Positions 21,181-30,954 of a stretch of 64,000 bases of DNA are shown piece after piece. The notes beneath the pieces are model-generated. The model searched no databases. It saw only the letters and a list, made by a program, of their open reading frames with translations, and was not told where the DNA came from. Position 1 is the stretch's first letter. Every line of letters starts with the position of its first letter. The stretch spans positions 544,001 to 608,000 of the forward strand of contig OZ244742.1 in assembly GCA_965219415.1 (NCBI GenBank). The letters are read 5' to 3'. The position numbers and the translations under genes are program-made. Origin of the DNA: Candidatus Marinacidobacterales bacterium. Its GTDB lineage: Bacteria; Acidobacteriota; Vicinamibacteria; Marinacidobacterales; DATDRI01.

Positions 21181-22550
21181 AGCTCTTGTCAATAGGTGTG
21201 TAAAAAAGTTCAGGCAGCAGCAACCTTCGACGACTCCGTTACCCTGTCTCCATCTTCAAATCGAACGCCCAGGTGAACCTCTCGCATCAGCTCCGGTGCG
21301 TTGAGCCGGCGAAAATTCTTCTCCGCAACCAGAAGCAGTTTGAAGATTGTCGCAGTGGCGGACTCGACTTTCTTGAACCTTTTGGCCGCATCCGTTCTCA
21401 ATCTCAGTGCAGCGAACGGTGACTCCACGACGTTGCTCGTGCGAAGGTGTTGCCAGTGAGGCTTGGGAAAGGAATAGAAGCTGACCATCCGCTCCCAGTC
21501 CTCGTCGAGCACGTGCGCGGCCCCCGGAAGACCCTTGCGCAAGCACCAATCCTGGAACTTGGCCTTCTTCGTCTCGCACTCCTGCAGGCTGGTGGGGTAG
21601 GGGGTCGCCGTCAACAGCGGCTTGGCCTGCGCCTGGTCCCTTTTCGGAATCCGGTCCAGTACGTTGAGGATTCGGTGGTTCCAGCACCGCTGCTCCTCAG
21701 CTTCTGGAAATACGTTTCGGGTCGCGGCCCAGATGCCGAGATGACCGTCACCGATCACCAAACGGGGACATCTCAGACCGCGCTTCTTCAGTCTCCGTAG
21801 CAGCGACGACCATGACGCTTCGGATTCTCGATGCCCGGCCTCCAGCGTCAGGACGATTTTCGTCCCGTCGGACAGGCCACCAACCGCAACTAGCACCGCC
21901 GCCTTGTCCTTCTCAAGGCCGGCCTTCACGTACACGCCATCTACCCACAGGGACACGAGCTCGAGTTCGTCCAGTGGGCGAGCTAGCCACTGCTCGTACT
22001 CTCCCTGCCATTTCTGTTTCAGCCGCGACACCGTGCTGGGAGAAAGTGGAGCGTCCTCCCCTAGAAGCCCGCGGAGCGCCAAATCGAAATCTCCGTGAGC
22101 TAGTCCATGCAGGTACAGCTCCGGAATCAACTCGCTCACCGTTTCGCTCCGACGCTTGAACAGCGGAAGCACTCGACTTTCGAACCTCTCCTCCACGTCC
22201 CCTACTCTCGGCCGGCGAACCGTCACCGTGCCCACGCTCATCGTCAGCTTCCGAGGCTTACCGTATCCATTTCGATAGCCCGCCGTTGTGTCCACGGGCT
22301 TCCGTCTCTCCGATTTCTCACGCCCGAGAAGCTCCGTGACTTCGGCTACCATCAGCTCCTGCACCCAATCCTGGATCTCGAGCCTCGCCCACTTCTCCAG
22401 CGACTCCCAAGCCACCCTTGACGAGCTCCGTCGTCCTGTGGTCTTTTCCTTCATGGCGGTGTCTCCTTCCGTTGGCCCCTTCACGCCGTGTTTCGTGACG
22501 CGGAAGGTTACTCCGCCTTTACTTTATTTCCACACCTTCTGAGGGTAGCT
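21181..22550 (-). mobile_element. Complete IS256-family element with target-site duplication
   Basis: IRs AGCTCTTGTCAATAGGTGTG / AGCTACCCTCAGAAGGTGTG; flanking direct repeat CAATTTTGG at 21172-21180 and 22551-22559. Confidence 0.92.
21210..22454 (-). CDS. IS256-family transposase
   Basis: GYRNGYGK, LWVDGV, IGDGHLG, EQRCWNH, LRTSNVVESPF. Confidence 0.95.
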   Translation of the reverse strand: MKEKTTGRRSSSRVAWESLEKWARLEIQDWVQELMVAEVTELLGREKSERRKPVDTTAGYRNGYGKPRKLTMSVGTVTVRRPRVGDVEERFESRVLPLFKRRSETVSELIPELYLHGLAHGDFDLALRGLLGEDAPLSPSTVSRLKQKWQGEYEQWLARPLDELELVSLWVDGVYVKAGLEKDKAAVLVAVGGLSDGTKIVLTLEAGHRESEASWSSLLRRLKKRGLRCPRLVIGDGHLGIWAATRNVFPEAEEQRCWNHRILNVLDRIPKRDQAQAKPLLTATPYPTSLQECETKKAKFQDWCLRKGLPGAAHVLDEDWERMVSFYSFPKPHWQHLRTSNVVESPFAALRLRTDAAKRFKKVESATATIFKLLLVAEKNFRRLNAPELMREVHLGVRFEDGDRVTESSKVAAA

Positions 22551-22719
22551 CAATTTTGGATTGAACAACGGCCTGTTTCCAGAAGGACTGGAGAATCTAG
22601 GGACGACTCGCCGCTGAATTCTTGCCCTTAATTGAAGACGGCCCGTGCTGGAGGCCCCAGCCGACATTTACTGCGAAGCCTTACGACTTAGCTTCCGCCT
22701 CGAAGAGGCCGGCCGTTGG

Positions 22720-23142
22720 TCAACGGGCTTTCTTGTGAAGCGAGCGCGACGGGGGAACGATGGTAAAAGAGGATTCTCCCTCTGGCTCCGGGCTCGACGA
22801 AGGTGGAACGATGGCGAATTTCATGATGTCTCGGATGGCAAGGGCCGTCTCGGGCGGGACTTTCGTCAGACGCATGCCGTAACCGGGCGGTAAAGCGCCC
22901 GTGGATTGAGCACCCTGGTTATCCCACTGCACTAGGCCCTCCGCCTCGACCGGCTGTTCCGTATCGCTCAGCAGGAACAGCAGCAGACGAACCGTCGCTT
23001 GGGGCAAAATGCGCATGTTGGTGGCGATGTAGACGCCGCCGTGCGAAAGAGAGAGGACAGTCCCTTGGCCCCGGTGGAATGCTGTCTTGATTATGACAGC
23101 GTGCTCCCCGGAGAGGTCGACCCGCGAGACTAAGACCGCCAT
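22720..23142 (-). CDS. PilZ-like domain protein
   Basis: SLSHGGVYI, EAEGLVQW, PPGYGMR; no clear RxxxR motif. Confidence 0.65.
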   Translation of the reverse strand: MAVLVSRVDLSGEHAVIIKTAFHRGQGTVLSLSHGGVYIATNMRILPQATVRLLLFLLSDTEQPVEAEGLVQWDNQGAQSTGALPPGYGMRLTKVPPETALAIRDIMKFAIVPPSSSPEPEGESSFTIVPPSRSLHKKAR

Positions 23143-23607
23143 GCTACCATTCTCATCTTCAGCATTGGGGGTCGCTGCGAGGTGGCCCCGAGAGACGCTC
23201 GGATTCGAGACTCGGAACTACTCTCACGATATAGGGATAGGGCAAGAATTGCCGTGATGCGGGTCACACGTCACGAGAATTCTAAGGGGTGCGTCCGCAA
23301 ATTTCGTGGTTGGGTACCGGAGGGAAGGCAGCGGGCGTGTGCAAGGCTCGTCTCGGAGGTTCGAGCCAGGCTGACCGGTAAGGTAATCGACTACGGGGCT
23401 CCGTGTGTGACTGGATCGTTGATACAGGTCAAATTGACAACGTCCAGCAGCTTCACTTAGAATAGAAATAACTCATCATAGAGGCCTCTAGTCCTGGCGC
23501 CGCAGAGCGCCTACGCGAAGAAGCGTGTTTTTCGGGAGCTTTTTGACGATTTACCACCTGCTCGGGGCTCCCGCACTGAAACTCAGAGAGGAATCATCGG
23601 GAGCCTC

Positions 23608-24036
23608 ATGAGAGATATCGAAAGGGCGAGACCAAAAGTCCTTCGCAACGCATGGCGTTCTCTCAAACTGCAAGGCGTTGGCTATGCGAAGCTGTGGCAC
23701 CGCTTCGATTATCCCGAGGAATGCTGCGGCGGCGTGTTGGTCTGGCGCGTGCGCATAGGAGGCCCCAAGCCTCGCAGACGGGTCGTTCGATCTGACGTCA
23801 ACGTACAAGAACTGAAATACGGAATCACCCGGAGCGATTGTGGGAGGACCTGGCAACACCAAGGTCGTGATAAGTTGAAACTTAGAAAACTGGGAGAAGG
23901 AGAGTTGCGGAAGGATCTGTTCTTGCTACAGCAGGATGTGTTCCCCGAGGCTCTCGCATGCGTGGCGTTCATTGAACCCAGGATCCAATCGCAAACCGAA
24001 GTCGATCCTTCAGAAAGGACTGTTTCCGGAAGTTAA
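23608..24036 (+). CDS. Hypothetical protein
   Basis: 142-aa ORF with GGGAG upstream; no recognisable motif. Confidence 0.35.
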   Translation: MRDIERARPKVLRNAWRSLKLQGVGYAKLWHRFDYPEECCGGVLVWRVRIGGPKPRRRVVRSDVNVQELKYGITRSDCGRTWQHQGRDKLKLRKLGEGELRKDLFLLQQDVFPEALACVAFIEPRIQSQTEVDPSERTVSGS

Positions 24037-24055
24037 GTAATCAGGGTTCTCATGG

Positions 24056-24214
24056 CTACCTCCTTGGAAAGACACCGACCAGTCCCGCCCGCCGGCGAGC
24101 CCACTCAAGCTCGTCCTCTTCCCGAGCCTTCGGATCGGTCTCGATGATGTCCGCGACGCACGCGACGCATAGCCGGCCTTCCTCGAGCGGGGAGCCGCAG
24201 GCTTCGCATCTCAT
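24056..24214 (-). CDS. Small zinc-ribbon protein (52 aa, not in the ORF track)
   Basis: MRCEACGSPLEEGRLCVAC... has two CxxC motifs; ATGA overlap with the upstream gene. Confidence 0.6.
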   Translation of the reverse strand: MRCEACGSPLEEGRLCVACVADIIETDPKAREEDELEWARRRAGLVGVFPRR

Positions 24215-24435
24215 TTCGACACCCCTAGCTCCGCCTCCATAGGCGGGATCGCGAAGTTGAGAGCCTTCCGAACGACCGACGCACGTGAAACGGTCGGGTC
24301 GGCATCGGCCGCCTTTTTCGCTTGGACGATTCGATCGAGACGCTCCATCTGCGTGCCGGTGATATAGACAACCAGGCGCTCCATCGAGGGGCCCTCAATA
24401 GCCTTTGGTGGCTTCGCGTGGCTCACAGGGCACAC
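24211..24435 (-). CDS. Ribbon-helix-helix (CopG-like) DNA-binding protein
   Basis: MERLVVYIT strand, helix, then VSRASVVRKAL; start position uncertain. Confidence 0.65.
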   Translation of the reverse strand: MCPVSHAKPPKAIEGPSMERLVVYITGTQMERLDRIVQAKKAADADPTVSRASVVRKALNFAIPPMEAELGVSK

Positions 24436-24650
24436 CTCTCACTGGACTGCGGGACCCATGTCGGAGCCAAGGACACGCTACGACCAGCAGGATCACTCGG
24501 TACCGGGTTTGTAGCGGTCAGGCGGGGGGGTCTTAGCCCAGTAAATCCGGCCCCTCGAAGAGAAAGGGGAAGGGCCTCCTGGGCCGGCGACTTGTTAGGC
24601 CAGTGTCGCCTGGAGGCGCCTAGTGATCGGCACTCCACAAGCCGAAAGTA

Positions 24651-24670
24651 GATGAAGATTTATCGGTTCT
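24651..24670 (+). repeat. attR-like direct repeat (displaced pyk 3' end)
   Basis: GATGAAGATTTATCGGTTCT then AG; encodes MKIYRF* like the pyk tail. Confidence 0.85.
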
Positions 24671-24692
24671 AGATCTTTTATAATAGACTGAC

Positions 24693-26999
24693 TTGAGCAA
24701 GAAACGTCGAACCCGGCGGCGCCGCTATTCGCGCCTTCGCTTCAAGATTACCTTCGCCGCGCTCACCCTTGTCAGCATCGCACTTTTCTATATTGCCGCG
24801 GTGCTCATCGTCCACTACTTCAAGTTCTCTCGTGAGATCGCCCTGCGGCTCGAAGGCGAGCGGCTGGCGAGGCCAAGCTGGGTCTACGCGCGGCCCTTCG
24901 AGCTGCGCACCCAGCAGAGGCTGTTGGAATCCGAGTTCATCGAGCTTCTGAACTCGCTTCGCTACCAGCGAACCAAGAGCTCCGTGCAAGAGCCGGGTAC
25001 GTTTTACAAAGCCAAAGACGAAATCCGAGTGCATCTAACACACTCCGGAAAAAGCGACTCGCCGCACATCATCGGGGTTCGTTTTTGGGACAAGTCGGTA
25101 CAAGGCATTCGAGAGTTCCCTAGTGAAAACGCCCTCACAACAGTAGGCTTCGAAGCCGTCCCCGTGACAACGCTCTTCGGAGAAGAGCGGAGCAAACAAA
25201 GGTGGGTGTCTCTAGAGGAGATCCCGCCTCTCGTCATCGAGGCGGTGCTGGCTACCGAGGACCGTCGGTTCTTCGAGCACACCGGTCTCGATCCCGTTGG
25301 GATCGTGAGAGCCGCATGGCTGGACATCAAGAGCGGCGAAGTAAAACAGGGAGGAAGCACGCTCAGCCAACAGCTGGTCAAGAACTACTTCTTGACCCCG
25401 GAAAGAACCGTGCGGCGCAAAGCCCTAGAAGCCTTTCTCGCCATCATCCTCGAAAGCCGCGCAAGTAAGGAAGAGATCCTCCAGCTCTATCTCAACGATG
25501 TGTACTTAGGCCAGCGTGGCTCGTTCGGAATCAACGGTGTGGGCCAAGCGGCCAAGATCTATTTCGGTAAGGACGTCAAGAACCTGGAGCTCGAAGAAGC
25601 TGCACTCTTGGCAGCTCTCATCCGTGCGCCCAACGCCGCGTCCCCTTTCCGACATGCGGACAAGGCCCGCGCCCGCAGGGACATCGTGCTCGACCAAATG
25701 GCGCGCCATGGTTTCATCGAGCGAGACGCCGCAGAGGCAGCCGCCGCGAGACCGCTTCGAATCGAGATCGGGGCGGTGGACGTGGGTGAAGCCCCTTACT
25801 TCATCGACGCTCTACGCGAAGAGCTCTTCGACCGCTACCCACCGGAAGCGACCGTCAACCTGACCGTGCACTCCACGATGGATCGATATCTTCAAACCGC
25901 CGCCCAGCGCGCGGTGGCGGACGGACTCACCGAGATCGGGGAGAAACTCTCCGGAAAGAACAAACCCCGGGACGTCCAGGCGGCCCTCATTGTGATGGAG
26001 CCCTCTCGCGGGGACGTCCTGGCGCTCGTTGGTGGACGAAGCTACGGTCTCAGTCAATTCAACCGGGCGACCGAAGCACGACGTCAGCCGGGAAGCGCCT
26101 TCAAGCCCTTCGTCTACCTCGCCGCTTTCGAGCGAAGCTACGAGTTGACGCGCATCGGTGGTTCATCGATCCGATACTTCACGCCCGCCAGCGTCGTGCG
26201 CGACGAGCCCACGACGATCTGGCACGGAGGAAGGCCATGGCGCCCGTCCAACTACGATCATCGATTCTCCGGCGACGTCACCTATCGTCACGCCTTGGCT
26301 CGTTCACTCAATGTGGCCACCGCGAAAGTCGGAAAGGAAGTTGGCTACGAACGAGTGGTCAAGCTCTGGGATGCCATCGGAACGCACAGTAATCTCCAAC
26401 CATACCCTTCCGTCGTGCTGGGAGCCTTCGAAATGACACCACTGGACCTGGCCACCGCCTACACCGTCATCGCTAACCATGGTGTCCGCGTCGATCCTCG
26501 ATTCTTCGTCGAGGTCAAAGACGCCAAGGGACGGACCCCCGACCGGTTGGAGACCGCCCGCCATGCGGTAGCGCATCCGGCGAGCGCCTATCTGGTAACC
26601 GACATGATGCGAAGCGTCATCGACCGGGGCACGGCGAGAGAGATTCGGGCGCGCGGTTTCAAAGCGGTCGCTGCCGGCAAGACCGGCACCACCAACGATA
26701 CTCGCGACGCCTGGTTCGTCGGGTTCACGCCTGACCTACTCGCCATCGTGTGGGTCGGATACGATGACAACAAACCGCTGGGACTCACCGGCTCGCAAGC
26801 GGCATTGCCGATATGGACCCGCTTTATGAAGTCCGCGGTCTCCGGTCGAGAGAGTGGAGTGTTCGAGCCACCGAGCGGCGTGACCTTCGCCCGCATCGAT
26901 CCCGAAACGGGGCAGCTCGCGCGAGCATCTTGCCCCAGCGGCCAGTCCGAGACTTTCATCACCGGTACTGAGCCGCGCGCCTTCTGCGCCCGACACTAA
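24693..26999 (+). CDS. mrcB: Class A penicillin-binding protein (PBP1b-like)
   Basis: TM helix; UB2H-like region; EDRRFFEHTG, GGSTLSQQLVKN, RKALE; SAFK, SLN and KTG transpeptidase motifs. Confidence 0.9.
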   Translation: MSKKRRTRRRRYSRLRFKITFAALTLVSIALFYIAAVLIVHYFKFSREIALRLEGERLARPSWVYARPFELRTQQRLLESEFIELLNSLRYQRTKSSVQEPGTFYKAKDEIRVHLTHSGKSDSPHIIGVRFWDKSVQGIREFPSENALTTVGFEAVPVTTLFGEERSKQRWVSLEEIPPLVIEAVLATEDRRFFEHTGLDPVGIVRAAWLDIKSGEVKQGGSTLSQQLVKNYFLTPERTVRRKALEAFLAIILESRASKEEILQLYLNDVYLGQRGSFGINGVGQAAKIYFGKDVKNLELEEAALLAALIRAPNAASPFRHADKARARRDIVLDQMARHGFIERDAAEAAAARPLRIEIGAVDVGEAPYFIDALREELFDRYPPEATVNLTVHSTMDRYLQTAAQRAVADGLTEIGEKLSGKNKPRDVQAALIVMEPSRGDVLALVGGRSYGLSQFNRATEARRQPGSAFKPFVYLAAFERSYELTRIGGSSIRYFTPASVVRDEPTTIWHGGRPWRPSNYDHRFSGDVTYRHALARSLNVATAKVGKEVGYERVVKLWDAIGTHSNLQPYPSVVLGAFEMTPLDLATAYTVIANHGVRVDPRFFVEVKDAKGRTPDRLETARHAVAHPASAYLVTDMMRSVIDRGTAREIRARGFKAVAAGKTGTTNDTRDAWFVGFTPDLLAIVWVGYDDNKPLGLTGSQAALPIWTRFMKSAVSGRESGVFEPPSGVTFARIDPETGQLARASCPSGQSETFITGTEPRAFCARH

Positions 27000-27004
27000 A
27001 GCTC

Positions 27005-28046
27005 ATGCCCACCATTACCGAGACCGAAATCAAGGAGCAGCCCGAAGCATGGGCGAAGACGTTCAACCGGTTCCGCTCGGATGGAGAAAACGTCCGGGCC
27101 GCGCTCGAAGCCTTCGCCGACAAACGGTTGGACTTTACCGGCTGCGGGACCTCGTACTACTTGGCCCTCTCGGCCGCCTCGGCCTGGACCAGCATTGCGG
27201 GTCGTGCGGGTCGCGCCGTGACCGCTTCCGACGTGTTCCTCCATCCCAGCTCCCTCTTTTCGCAAACCGGCAAGCCGGCGGGAATCGTCATCTCCCGATC
27301 CGGTGAAACGACGGAAGCGGTTAGGGCGGCCGAGTACCTGAGCAAGAAAATGGAAACAGAGACCGTCGCCGTAACCTGTCACGCCGACAACCAGTTGGCG
27401 GGCGTCTGCCGGCGGAAGCTAGTTGCGGAAGCGGCGGAAAAAAACGTCGTCATGACGAAGTCCTTTACCAGCATGCTGCTGCTATTGGAGTGCCTGGCGG
27501 CCAGTGAGTCCGGCAATGACGAGCTCCTCGACGAACTGGCCACACTTGCCGCCCGGTGTCGGGAGCTCATCCCTGAAGTGGATGCTCGGGCAAGAGAAAT
27601 CGCCCAGCTCGATGCCCCGGACCACTTCGTTTTTCTAGGGCAGGGGCCCCTCTACGGGCTCGCGTGTGAGTCGATGCTCAAAATGAAGGAAATGTCCCTC
27701 TCCGCCTCCGAAGCCTTTCATACGCTCGAATTTCGACATGGCCCCGTTGCGACGGGTTACCGAAGAATCCTTGGTGGTGCTACTCCTCTCGGACATGGCT
27801 CGGGAGCAAGAAATAAGGGTCCTACAAGACGTACAACGTTTAGGGGCCACCACGATGGTGATCGGGGACAATTTGAAAGGTGTGACCGCAGATTTCGTCT
27901 TCGAGTTGCAATCCGGCGTGCGCGATGTGGTCCGTCTTCCGCTCTACATGCCCATCACGCAACTTCTTGCCCATCATCGCGCAAGACACAAGGGCATCGA
28001 TCCCGACAATCCCAAGAACCTGACGCAAGTCGTTCTGCTGGAATGA
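27005..28046 (+). CDS. SIS-domain sugar-phosphate isomerase/deaminase (AgaS/GlmS-C-like); frameshift ~27745
   Basis: EIKEQP, GCGTSYY, ISRSGETTE, VMTKSFTS, ESMLKMKEMS, EFRHGP, GIDPDNPKNLTQVV. Confidence 0.88.
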
Positions 28047-28980
28047 AAGACTACGACATCCTCGTCGTCGGTGAACTGAACGTCGATCTCATACTTGACG
28101 ACATCGCGGCCCCTCCCCAATTGGGGAAAGAGATCTTGGCCGAACGAATGCACTTGGTGCTGGGAAGCTCTTCCGCGATTTTTGCCAGTAACGTGGCGAG
28201 CCTAGGCGCCCGCACCGCCTTCGTCGGCAAGGTGGGCCAGGATGACTTCGGTCGTTTCGTGATGAGCCGCCTCGAGGAAAAGCACATCGACACCAGCTAC
28301 ATTCTTCAGGACGAGCATCTCACCACCGGCGCCAGCGTCATCTTGAGTTATCCGGAAGAAAGAGCCATCGTCACCTACAAAGGCGCCATGGACGAGCTGG
28401 TTCATGGCGATGTTGCCGGCGAAGCGCTGAGTCGGGCGCGTCACCTTCACCTCTCGTCCTACTACCTACAAAAGGGCATCCAACCAAGCTGCCCGGCTCT
28501 CTTCAAAACCGCCAAAGATTCGGGCCTCACGACGTCTCTCGACACCAATTGGGATCCGGAAGAGAAGTGGGGCAACGAGATCTTCGACCTCTTGCCACAC
28601 GTAGACGTGTTTCTCCCCAACAAGAACGAGGCGTCTCTGCATTTCCCGCCAGGACTCGGTCGATAGCGCCCTCGCTCACTTGAGCCAATACTCCCCGACC
28701 GTTGTGATCAAGTTGGGCGAGGAGGGTGCGCTAGCGACTCAGGATGGAGCCATTCATCGCGGCGCCCCACTCGATGTCACTCCTGTGGATGCGGTAGGCG
28801 CCGGGGACAGTTTTGACGCGGGCTTTGTCCTTCACTATCTCGAGGGCTCCGATATCCGGCGTTGCCTGGACTACGGGAATCTTTGCGGAGCACTTTCGGT
28901 GACCCAGCCCGGGTGGAACCGCGGCCTTCAGCAACCCGGAACAGATCGAGCGAGACCTGGAGAAGCTCAGTGGCCACTAG
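28043..28980 (+). CDS. PfkB-family carbohydrate kinase; frameshifts ~28642 and ~28911
   Basis: VVGELNVD, LGSSSAI, VGKVGQDDFG, FLPNKNE, VDAVGAGDSFDAG. Confidence 0.88.
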
Positions 28981-29864
28981 GTCGAAGCTCTGGCTGATCT
29001 TCGCCTTGATCACGACTTCGTCTTGGGGACTGTGGGGTGCCCTGATCGAAATTCCCGAAAAGGCAGGCTTCCCCGCGACACTCGGCTACTCAGTTTGGAC
29101 CCTGACCATGATCCCGCCGGCATTGATCGCCCTTCGACTCATTAGTTGGAAACTCGACACGCACCCACGCTCCGTTTGGTTCGGTTTGGTTATCGGTTTT
29201 CTCGGCGCGGGCGGCCAGCTCATTTTGTTTCAAGCGCTCCGAATGGGCCCGGCCTACTTGGTCTTCCCTTTCATTTCCCTCTCGCCGGTGGTGACTATTC
29301 TGATGTCCTACGGGCTCCTGAAAGAGCGCGCTAGCCGGTTGGGATGGCTTGGAATCGCGCTGGCTCTGCTAGCTATCCCTCTGCTCTCATACCAGGAGCC
29401 GGGAAGCTCGGTGGCGGACGGCTACTTCTGGATGCTCTTGGCGCTCCTCGTGTTTCTAGCTTGGGGAGTCCAAGCCTATTACATGAAAGTCGCCAACCAA
29501 ACCATGAGGGCGGAGAGTATATTTTTCTACATGATGGCGACCGCCATCATCCTCCTCCCGATGGCACTCCTGATGACCGACTTCTCGCAACCCATCAATT
29601 GGGGCTTCAAGGGGCCTTACCTTGCTGCCATGATCCAGGTCCTGAACTCCATCGGCGCGCGCTGCCTGGTCTATGCGTTTCGTTACGGGAGAGCCATCAT
29701 CGTTAGTCCGATGACCAATGCCATCGCGCCGGTGATCACGGTGGTCATCTCCCTAGCCCTCTATCGCGTAGTGCCCCACGCTGTTGTACTGAGTGGGATG
29801 GCTTTGGCCCTTAGCCGCTGCATTCTTAATGGCGATCGAAGAAGAGCCGGGATCGCCCGCCTAA
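28970..29864 (+). CDS. EamA/DMT-family transporter; frameshift ~29811
   Basis: About 10 TM helices in two repeats; ISLSPVVTILMS, LLKER. Confidence 0.85.
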
Positions 29865-29886
29865 GGCTCGATTCGCGACGTGCTAC

Positions 29887-30820
29887 TCGCCCCAAACGCG
29901 CCGGCTCCAGGTACTCGCCCTCGAGTGGACCGGCGATAGCTTTTCCAGAAAGAACGAGCCATGTCGTGCCTGTCTGCTCGTCCTTCATCGTCAGGCGATC
30001 GTCTTCCTTCTCGACTTCGCCGAACGTTAGCTCGCGCCCTTCCTCCGACTGGGCCACGAACGCAACCGCCGTCTTCGCGCCCTTGGCGTAGGCCGTCACC
30101 AACGGAACTCCGGCCAGCCGCGCTTGAACAGATTTCTTCTTCTTGAGCTTTTTCAGAGGAAACACCATCGTTTGCCCTTCGACGTAGACGCCGATCACTT
30201 TCTCCTTCCCGTGCAGGCGCTTGTCGGTCACCGTCGCGTAGCCGATCCCGATGGAACGGTCGTTGAAGTAACTCGCGTAGGCCGATCCGCGGGCGCGTTC
30301 TCCAGTATGGAGCACGAGCGTATCCGGATGGAGCTTCTTCCATTCCTTCCAGGTTAGGAGCGACGAAGCGATAGGGCGAAGTTGCTTACCTTGGTAGCGT
30401 CCCGAGATCGCGGTCCCATCAACTTGCGGCCAGAGGCTATCGGTCTGGCGATCGTACATCACCAAAGAGTCCTCGATGAGCTTTCCGCTGACACCGAAGG
30501 TCAACTCCTCCCCTTCCACTTCGCGGGCATACACGATGCCCGTATGCGCGAGTGGTCACCAGGTCACTGCGACGGGTGTGTCTCCCGAGCCGGTCGTTCA
30601 CGATCTCGTGTCCATCGAGTACCCAAGCGGAGTAGGCCTTCGCTGCCTCCACGTCGAAGAGCCCAATGACGAGCTCTCTGTCCGAAAGGAACTTGTCACC
30701 CTCTTCTGCGCTCACGAATTGGGGATCATCGATCGCCGGTATGGCGTCTCTCTCAACAACCTGAACGATCTGCTGGCTGGGAGCCAGCATCGTGTATAGA
30801 ACGAGCCCGTACAGAAACAT
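29887..30820 (-). CDS. DUF3179-family protein, candidate selenoprotein (in-frame UGA at 30556-30558; frameshift ~30585; 3' end uncertain)
   Basis: RDAIPAIDDPQF, HEIVND, AVTW-UGA-PLAHTGIVY, TFGVSGKL, LVMYDRQTDSLW, TWKEWKKLHPDT. Confidence 0.82.
30516..30555 (-). promoter_or_regulatory. Candidate bacterial SECIS hairpin
   Basis: Immediately 3' of the UGA: CCACU-CGC...GGGCAU-CGUGU-AUGCCC-GCGA-AGUGG. Confidence 0.6.
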
Positions 30821-30888
30821 TACCCACCTCCACCCGCCAGTATACTTTCGTCGCCGATGAGCGATGTGAGATCCCCGACAGTTCCTCG

Positions 30889-30954
30889 TGTCACATAATT
30901 GGATCCGACCCCGCCGTCTTGACCATACACGGGGTCGGATCTAATTATGTGACA
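30889..30954. repeat. REPIN-like inverted doublet
   Basis: 25-bp arms TGTCACATAATTGGATCCGACCCCG / CGGGGTCGGATCTAATTATGTGACA (1 mismatch) with a 16-bp spacer; same motif flanks the RAYT gene. Confidence 0.85.

Larger units (their letters stand above)
18112..24670. mobile_element. Decayed integrative element inserted in the pyk 3' end
   Basis: Bounded by 20-bp direct repeats. Contains a tyrosine integrase, small DNA-binding genes, IS256 copies and lower-GC stretches. Confidence 0.85.

Noticed and set aside
27005-28666. Apparent SIS-PfkB fusion protein (553 aa)
   Set aside because: Artefact of a frameshift at ~27745; the true SIS C-terminus is in frame 27738..28046 and PfkB has its own ATG at 28043
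29761-30091. Long convergent overlap of EamA and DUF3179
   Set aside because: Both extensions are explained by terminal frameshifts; corrected ends are near 29864 and ~29887
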